NCBI GenBank assembly: GCA_963845535.1
Contig: CAWJSK010000018.1
Span: forward strand, 64,001-128,000
Source of the DNA: an uncultured Spirochaetota bacterium
GTDB taxonomy: Bacteria > Spirochaetota > Spirochaetia > SZUA-6 > Fen-1364
DNA length: 64,000 nucleotides
Direction: 5' to 3'
The position numbers and the translations under genes are program-made. Positions 58,176 to 64,000 of this stretch are shown here, in pieces (positions within the stretch are counted from its first letter, which is position 1; each line of letters opens with the position of its first letter). Under the pieces are notes generated by a model. That model did no database searches. It saw only the letters and a program-made list of their open reading frames with translations, and had not been told where the DNA came from.

Positions 58176-59524
58176 TCACTTTTCGGTAACAACGGGCCGC
58201 AAATGTCGTCCTCGAGGTTTCCCAACAACGGCCCCGTCCTGAAAGACGGTTTCTCCTCTCAGGATTGTGCGGCGCACGGAACCGCACAACGCGCGTCCGA
58301 CGTATGGGCTCAAACGGTGACGGTCCAGCAGCTCGCCTTCGCTGACCGGCTGTCGTGACAGACAGGTCCACAAGGGCCAGATCCGCGTCCACGCCTTCGC
58401 GGATCCCTCCCTTGCCGGGAAGCCGGAAGCGCCTCGCCACGTTGTCGGAAACGAGCCCTGCTATCAGGGGCATGGGAAGCTCGAGGGTCAGCAGCGCCCG
58501 AAGCGTGGCTTGAGCCCCGCTGATCCCTCCCCAGACCTTGAAGAAGTCGGGGTCTTTCTTCATTTCCGGGGGCGAAGGGGAATGGTCGGAGCCGATCGTA
58601 TCCACGTGCCCCGAGGCCACCTCCCCGAGGAGAAGCTGGCGTTCGGCGACAGGCCGAAGCGGCGGCGCGCATTTGGCTCTGGCTCCCAACCTTTCCACGT
58701 CTTCCGCGCAGAGGAGAAGGTAGTGCGGGCACGTCTCACAGGTGGCGTCGCAGAGCCCGGCCTCCACTGCCTGGCGGATCAGCCTCACGCCGCGCGCCGA
58801 GCTGGTGTGGACCACGTGGAGCGCGCAGCCGGTGTCCTCCGCGAACGCAAGCGCCCGAGAGATGGCCTCTGCTTCAGCGGCAATTGGCCGGGAGTCCAGG
58901 TAGTCCCGCACCGATGTGCGGCCTTCCGCGCGCGCCCGTGAGGAGAGGGCGCTCGTCATCCCGTCGTTCTCCGCGTGGACTGCAACAGGGAAGACCCAGT
59001 CGCGCCGCAATCCGCATCCCCCGGTAGAGAGACTCATCATCGCAGCGGAGAAAGTCGTCGATCCCGCTCCCGGACATGAATGCCTTGAAGCCCACGACTC
59101 CGCGCTCGGCAAGGGCTTCGAGCTGGTCGAGGTTATCAGGAGTGAGCCCGCCCCAGAGGGCGAAATCAGCGAAAGCCCGTCCGCTGCAGGCGGCAAGCTT
59201 CAGGTCGAAGGACCTCGCATTCAGCGTCGGCGGAGAGGAGTTCAGCGGCATGTCGATGAAGCACGTCCCGCCGCCGGCAACAAGGGCGCTTGAACCGCTG
59301 GGAACGCCTTCCCACGAATCACGGCCGGGGTCGTTGAAGTGGACGTGAGCGTCGAGGACCCCGGGAAAAACGTGGAGGCCTCGGGCATCAATCACCTCCC
59401 GAGCCGGGCCGGATACCTCCGGCGCCAGGGAGGCAATCCGTCCGTCATCGATTGCGATATCCAGCCGGCCCACACCGGAAGCCTGGACCACCTGGCCGCC
59501 TCTGATCAGGGAATCGAATGCCAT
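58176..59524 (-). CDS. allB: Allantoinase (two frameshifts near 58989 and 58350)
   Basis: PGVLDAHVHFNDPG, DMPLNSSPPT, GFKAF; then HAEND, ETCPHY, AKCAPPLR, SDHSP, WGGISG; then RHRLSPYVG, across three frames. Confidence 0.9.
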
Positions 59525-59528
59525 GGCC

Positions 59529-59873
59529 TCAGCTCCCCCGGTAGGTGGAATAGGACCACGGTGAGACGAGCAGCGGCACGTGGTATTTTCCCTCCGGGTC
59601 ATCCACCACGAAGACCACCGGCACCTTCTCCAGGAACCGGCCGGCGTCAGGCTCCCCGCGGCTTCGAAAATACTCGCCAACGTGGAAGACGAGCCTGTAC
59701 GTGCCGGCGGTCAGAGCGCCGCCCTCGAGGAGCGGAGAGTCCGTTCGGCCTTCGGCGTTCGTGGTTGCGCCGGCGAGCTCCCTCTGGTCTTTCTCCCGCG
59801 AAAGCTCTATGCGCATGCCGCGCGCGGGAGCGCCGCGGCTGGTATCCAGGACGTGCGTCGTCAGCCTTCCCAT
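59529..59873 (-). CDS. uraH: 5-hydroxyisourate hydrolase
   Basis: LTTHVLD, YHVPLLVSPWSYSTYRGS. Confidence 0.96.
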   Translation of the reverse strand: MGRLTTHVLDTSRGAPARGMRIELSREKDQRELAGATTNAEGRTDSPLLEGGALTAGTYRLVFHVGEYFRSRGEPDAGRFLEKVPVVFVVDDPEGKYHVPLLVSPWSYSTYRGS

Positions 59874-60718
59874 TTTCCATCCCTCGCGACGGTTCCCTTG
59901 ATCAACCCGTACGGCTCGCTCGTAGCCACGAAAATCTCGTTGGGGTTGTCCAAACCGAAGGGCCCCAGGTTCACGAGAAGCCGATGCTGGTTCGGCATGG
60001 TGAGGCTGACGGAAACTATCTGGGGCAGCCTCGACAGCAGCTCCTCACCCATGGCGAAGATGGTCTGCTGGACGCTTGCACTGTGGTGTCGGGCAAACGT
60101 CTCCAGAAGCGCAGAGCGGGCGGTTTCGAACACTTCGGGAAGCGGCTCCAAAGCGGAGGCGTACTGCCAGGTCGCATCGATTCTCGTCGCAAAGATCCGG
60201 TCTTGCGTTTCCTGGAGGGTCGTGTAGCTGCCCTTGAAGAAGCCCCCAAACCCGGACCGCGTGGTCTTGATGACCTCCAGTCCCTTGATGCCTCCGTGCG
60301 CGCGGGAGGCGCCCGCACGTTCGAGCCTCACCTGGCAGGTCCGGGTACCTGGTCCGCCGCGGGTGAAGGAGTGGGGATGCGGGGCGCCATCCACCGTGAT
60401 GCGCGCCCACGGCTCCTCCTCGATCGACACCTCCGTCCATGACACCTGGTCGAACGTGAGAAAGTGCCTGGCGAGGATCCCGGCAAAAGCCTCGGGGGAA
60501 TCGAAATCGTGCTTGCGGGCCAGGGCGTAGACCGTGTTCTTCATCGTATCCGTGGGGATGCAGGATGAGTTGTCTCCCGCCGTGTAGACCTGATCGAAAG
60601 AGCCACCCATCATGATCTGAACGACAAGCTCGTGAAGGGTATGCGTCTCTCCCGCGCGGACCACCTTTGTCAGTCGAATGTCGCTCTTGCCGTACGAGTT
60701 GTCAGCCAGTCGGACCAT
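59861..60718 (-). CDS. uox: Urate oxidase (cofactor-independent uricase)
   Basis: YGKSDIR, PTDTMKNTVY, KTTRSGF, YTTLQETQDRI, SASVQQT, PNQH, PYGLIKG. Confidence 0.95.
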   Translation of the reverse strand: MVRLADNSYGKSDIRLTKVVRAGETHTLHELVVQIMMGGSFDQVYTAGDNSSCIPTDTMKNTVYALARKHDFDSPEAFAGILARHFLTFDQVSWTEVSIEEEPWARITVDGAPHPHSFTRGGPGTRTCQVRLERAGASRAHGGIKGLEVIKTTRSGFGGFFKGSYTTLQETQDRIFATRIDATWQYASALEPLPEVFETARSALLETFARHHSASVQQTIFAMGEELLSRLPQIVSVSLTMPNQHRLLVNLGPFGLDNPNEIFVATSEPYGLIKGTVARDGKWEG

Positions 60719-61255
60719 TTATTCCTCCGTGACGGCGTCCTTCAGGCGCAGCCATGCAATTTTTGCGATTTCCGTGAGCGCGGTGCCGATCTCCTGGTCA
60801 CGGGACTGCGCCAGCCGTCGCGGGAAAGCCTCCAGGATGGCTTCCTTGCGGTTCTCCCGCGCGCAGATCACGAACGGGAAGCCAAACCTGTCATGGTACT
60901 CCTCGTTGTATTCCCGGAAGCGATCCGCCTCTTCCTTTGTCAGCGAGCCCAGGCCGGCGGCTGATTGCTCCCGCGCGGAGGCCGCGCTCAGGGGCAGGCC
61001 CGACCTCGCCTGCGCCGCGAGCCTTCCCACGAGGTCCGGATGCGCGCAAATCAGGCCGATTTTCTCTTCCGCAGCCGCTTTCTCCACCGTGGAGACGAGC
61101 TCCCGGTGGAGCGCCGAGAGGGAGGCAAACGGCCGGCGCGCCCAGGTTCGAGCAGCCACCCAGGGGGAGCGCTCGAAGATGGCGCCGCACACGCTGAGAA
61201 ACCCTCGAAGGCTTTCATCGTTCAGCTTTGAAAGCGTGACCGCCCGACCGCTCAT
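60719..61255 (-). CDS. uraD: OHCU decarboxylase
   Basis: FERSPWVA, AHPDL, SAREQSAAGL, RFGFPFVICAR. Confidence 0.95.
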   Translation of the reverse strand: MSGRAVTLSKLNDESLRGFLSVCGAIFERSPWVAARTWARRPFASLSALHRELVSTVEKAAAEEKIGLICAHPDLVGRLAAQARSGLPLSAASAREQSAAGLGSLTKEEADRFREYNEEYHDRFGFPFVICARENRKEAILEAFPRRLAQSRDQEIGTALTEIAKIAWLRLKDAVTEE

Positions 61256-62517
61256 GAGTGAAAAGTCTCAACCAGAATCCGGGCCGCAAGGGCAATGTGC
61301 TCGATGCTGCTGAACTCCGTCGGGTTGTGGCTTATCCCGTCCTTGCTCGCCACAAACAGCATTGCCGCCGGCAAGAAAGGGGCAAGGATGGCCGTGTCAT
61401 GGAGGGCGCCGCTCGTTGCCTCCGGGAGCCGGATGTCCAGTCTCCCCGCGGCTTCGTGGAGCAGGCTGCACACTCCCGGGTCAAGCGGCACGGAAGGCAA
61501 CTGCTCCGTGCAGCCGATTTCGATCTCCAACCCTCGTCCCGCTGCCGCGCGCGTGAGTTGACTGCGAAGGCGTTTGTCTCCCTGTTGGAGAACGTGATCG
61601 GAAGGGGAACGAAAGTCGATGGTGAATCTGACGCGGCCGGGAATCACGTTGACCGCGTTCGGATGCACGTCCAGCCGGCCGACCGTGATCACCGTATGGT
61701 CCGCCTCCCTATCCAGCTCCCGGCCCAGGGACTCCAGGAGACCCATGCATTCCGCGGCGCCGGCAAGGGCATCCCGGCGATCGCTCATCTTCGTGGAGCC
61801 CGCGTGATTGCCGGCGCCCGTGAGCGAGCACAGGTACTGTCGGCGGCCGTTGATGCCGGTGACGACGGCAAGCGGCTCTCCCACCTTCCACAGCCGAAGC
61901 CCCTGCTCGACGTGCACTTCGACGAGCCCCCGGTAGCGTACCGCGGAAAAGCGCTCTGCCCCAAGGCGCTCGGGGGCCACGCCGTGGTCTGCCCCGGCGC
62001 TGAGGTAGTCCCTGCCCTCCGCGTTGCGAATGGATCGAAGCTGGGCAGCATCCAGGGTCCCCGCCCACGCCTTGCTCCCCAGCATCCCGAGGCCGAAGGT
62101 GGTCCCTTCCTCCTCGGCAAAGACGATGAGCTCCATGGGGGCATCCGGGGCCGCCCGAAGCACTTCCAGCGCGGCCACGACTCCGACAACGCCGTCGTAC
62201 TTGCCACCGGTGGGGACCGAGTCCACGTGAGAGCCGCAGAGCCATGCTGGGACGTCCCAACCCAGACGGGCCGGCCTGGCATGCGCGTTGCCCGCCGCAT
62301 CCACGCGCGTCAGGCAGCCGGCTTCCTCTGCCGCATGGATCACGTAGTCGCGAGCTTTCCTCCAGGACGGGGAAAAGGTGGGCCTGCTGTAGCCGATCTT
62401 CGGGTCCACCTCAGAGAAGCCGGCAATCGCTTCGATGTCCCGGGCCAGTCGCCTGCTGTCCACGGCGGCAGCGGGCGTGGCGGCAGCGTGACCCTCGTGC
62501 CCCCGGGCAGGCGTCAT
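61252..62517 (-). CDS. allC: Allantoate amidohydrolase (hydantoinase/carbamoylase family)
   Basis: GSHVDSVPTGGKYDGVVGV, EEEG, EVHVEQG, NHAGST, SGALHD, GISHNPTE; purine operon context. Confidence 0.85.
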   Translation of the reverse strand: MTPARGHEGHAAATPAAAVDSRRLARDIEAIAGFSEVDPKIGYSRPTFSPSWRKARDYVIHAAEEAGCLTRVDAAGNAHARPARLGWDVPAWLCGSHVDSVPTGGKYDGVVGVVAALEVLRAAPDAPMELIVFAEEEGTTFGLGMLGSKAWAGTLDAAQLRSIRNAEGRDYLSAGADHGVAPERLGAERFSAVRYRGLVEVHVEQGLRLWKVGEPLAVVTGINGRRQYLCSLTGAGNHAGSTKMSDRRDALAGAAECMGLLESLGRELDREADHTVITVGRLDVHPNAVNVIPGRVRFTIDFRSPSDHVLQQGDKRLRSQLTRAAAGRGLEIEIGCTEQLPSVPLDPGVCSLLHEAAGRLDIRLPEATSGALHDTAILAPFLPAAMLFVASKDGISHNPTEFSSIEHIALAARILVETFHS

Positions 62518-63494
62518 TTCCCGAAGTCCTTGCGCCACTGGGTCCCCGTGCGCTCCATCTCGGTTTCCGCCGCGGTCCTGCGCAGCCTGTGAAGCTGCGG
62601 CATCCCAAGCGCCCATTCCTGCATCCAGTCGCGGGCAAAGATGCCCTTTTCCGTCTCATCGAAAATCTGCCGCACCGCCTGTTCGTTGATGACGCGCGGG
62701 CCGCGCGTCCTGACCGCGAACTCGCACGTGCGGCTGCTGCGGGTGGTCAGGTAGCTTTCGATGCCGTTTTCGTCCATGACGTCCATGACGCTGCGCAGGG
62801 AGCGCACCGCCTTCGCGTACGCGAAGCTCGGGGCGTAGCCGTTTTCCACCATGATCTGAAAGCACAACCTCATGAGCTGGATGGCCCCGCCGTAGAGGAT
62901 CTGCTCCTCGAAGTTGTCCCCCTCTGTCTCGTGCTGGAAGGAAAGCTCCACCACGCCGGCTCGCGTGGACCCCACGGCCTTTGCGATTGCCAGAACGATC
63001 TGCCGCGCATCTCCCGTGGCGTCATGCTCGACGCTGACGCACCCATAGACGCCCTCTCCCTTCTTGTACTTTTCCCGAACGAAAGCGCCGGGGGCGTTGG
63101 GAACGAAGAGCACCGTGTTGACATCCCGGGGCGGGCGGATGGCGCCATAGAGGACGTTGAACCCATGGCAGAAGCACAGCGTCTGGCCCGCGCGCAAAGA
63201 GGGGGCAATATCGGCCGCGTAGAGTGCGGGCTGGGCGGGGTCGGCGAGCTCGATGAGCAGGACATCCGCCTTTTTCGTTGCCTCCGCAATGCTCAAGGCG
63301 GCAAAGCCATCAGCCTGGGCCTGGCCGCGGGAGGCGCTCTGCTCAGGCGGCCGGGTCCCGACAACGACGGTGCACCCGCTGTCCCTGGCGTTTGCAGCCT
63401 GCACTTTGCCCTGGATGCCGTAGCCGATCACGGCAATGGTCTTGTCTTTCAGGATGCCGAGGTCAACGTCGGCGTCACGGTAGATTTTCTCCAT
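62514..63494 (-). CDS. Ketol-acid reductoisomerase (IlvC)-like oxidoreductase with a divergent active site
   Basis: Class I KARI fold motifs (IAVIGYG.QG, HGFN, RAGVVE, ETEGD..EEQ, GPRVI) with several canonical catalytic positions replaced. Confidence 0.88.
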   Translation of the reverse strand: MEKIYRDADVDLGILKDKTIAVIGYGIQGKVQAANARDSGCTVVVGTRPPEQSASRGQAQADGFAALSIAEATKKADVLLIELADPAQPALYAADIAPSLRAGQTLCFCHGFNVLYGAIRPPRDVNTVLFVPNAPGAFVREKYKKGEGVYGCVSVEHDATGDARQIVLAIAKAVGSTRAGVVELSFQHETEGDNFEEQILYGGAIQLMRLCFQIMVENGYAPSFAYAKAVRSLRSVMDVMDENGIESYLTTRSSRTCEFAVRTRGPRVINEQAVRQIFDETEKGIFARDWMQEWALGMPQLHRLRRTAAETEMERTGTQWRKDFGK

Positions 63495-63504
63495 GGGGCC
63501 CCCT

Positions 63505-64000
63505 TTACAATGGAATCTCTCTGTTGACGTTCTTGTAATAAATGTAACGGGAAGGCTGCGGACCTGTTGCGTAGTAGCTCTGCGGACAGAAGGGGCCCAT
63601 CCATATGAAGTCAGTGGCCTCCACTTCCATCCACGACTCGCCCAGGAAATACACGCCCTTGCCCCGCAGTATGTACAGGCCGTGCTCCATCACGTGCGTT
63701 TCCGTCACGGGAAGGCTGTGGCCGGTGTCAAAGGTGAAGATGTTCATGGCCATGTCGAACGAGAGGTCGTTGGGAAGCAGCTCCTGAAGGCGGGCACCCG
63801 GGTCACCGTAGTAGATGGAGGCGGGGACGTCAGCCTGGTTTCCCACCAGGCTTGCGCATGGCGGGGAGACGCCCGCGGCCTCTTCGTAGCGCTTGCGAAG
63901 GAGAAGGAGACGCGTCTCTTCCGTTGCCTCGGCGAGGAAGCTGCTTTTCGATGAGACGAACGCGTACCCGCCTTCGCCCAGGAGGTGATCTCGGCCTTCG
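63505..64000 (-). CDS. allE: (S)-ureidoglycine aminohydrolase (bicupin); partial, runs off the right edge
   Basis: Frame open from 63999; FDMAMNIF, ETHVMEHGLY, DFIWMGPFCPQ, YIYYKNVNR. Confidence 0.92.
   Translation of the reverse strand, partial: EGRDHLLGEGGYAFVSSKSSFLAEATEETRLLLLRKRYEEAAGVSPPCASLVGNQADVPASIYYGDPGARLQELLPNDLSFDMAMNIFTFDTGHSLPVTETHVMEHGLYILRGKGVYFLGESWMEVEATDFIWMGPFCPQSYYATGPQPSRYIYYKNVNREIPL

Overview
High-GC bacterial chromosomal segment; the gene repertoire is compatible with a free-living Spirochaetia-like organism, but the taxon cannot be established from this window. It holds about 55 protein-coding genes. I saw no rRNA, tRNA, CRISPR array or intact mobile element. The left part (1-23 kb) is a mixed accessory region: hydrolases, a hybrid histidine kinase, a YihY-cNMP fusion, a PLD/amidase pair, a polyol dehydrogenase operon and an adenylate cyclase. 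From 23 kb on, nucleobase and nitrogen scavenging dominates: a BMP-type nucleoside ABC transporter with a sigma54-type promoter, a selenium-dependent-type xanthine dehydrogenase, amt, preT-preA-hydA, metE/yitJ, a WtpABC-like Mo/W transporter, a fused XdhA-XdhB followed by an M20 hydrolase, and an oxidative urate/allantoin operon (allE, ilvC-like, allC, uraD, uricase, uraH, allB, SSS permease) that runs off the right edge. The best candidate for novelty is a ketol-acid reductoisomerase paralogue with a remodelled active site inside the ureide operon. Second is a small two-gene nucleotidyltransferase module with an operator-like palindrome next to an integrase remnant. Four genes carry frameshifts that are all repaired by deleting one base, which points to sequencing error rather than pseudogenisation.
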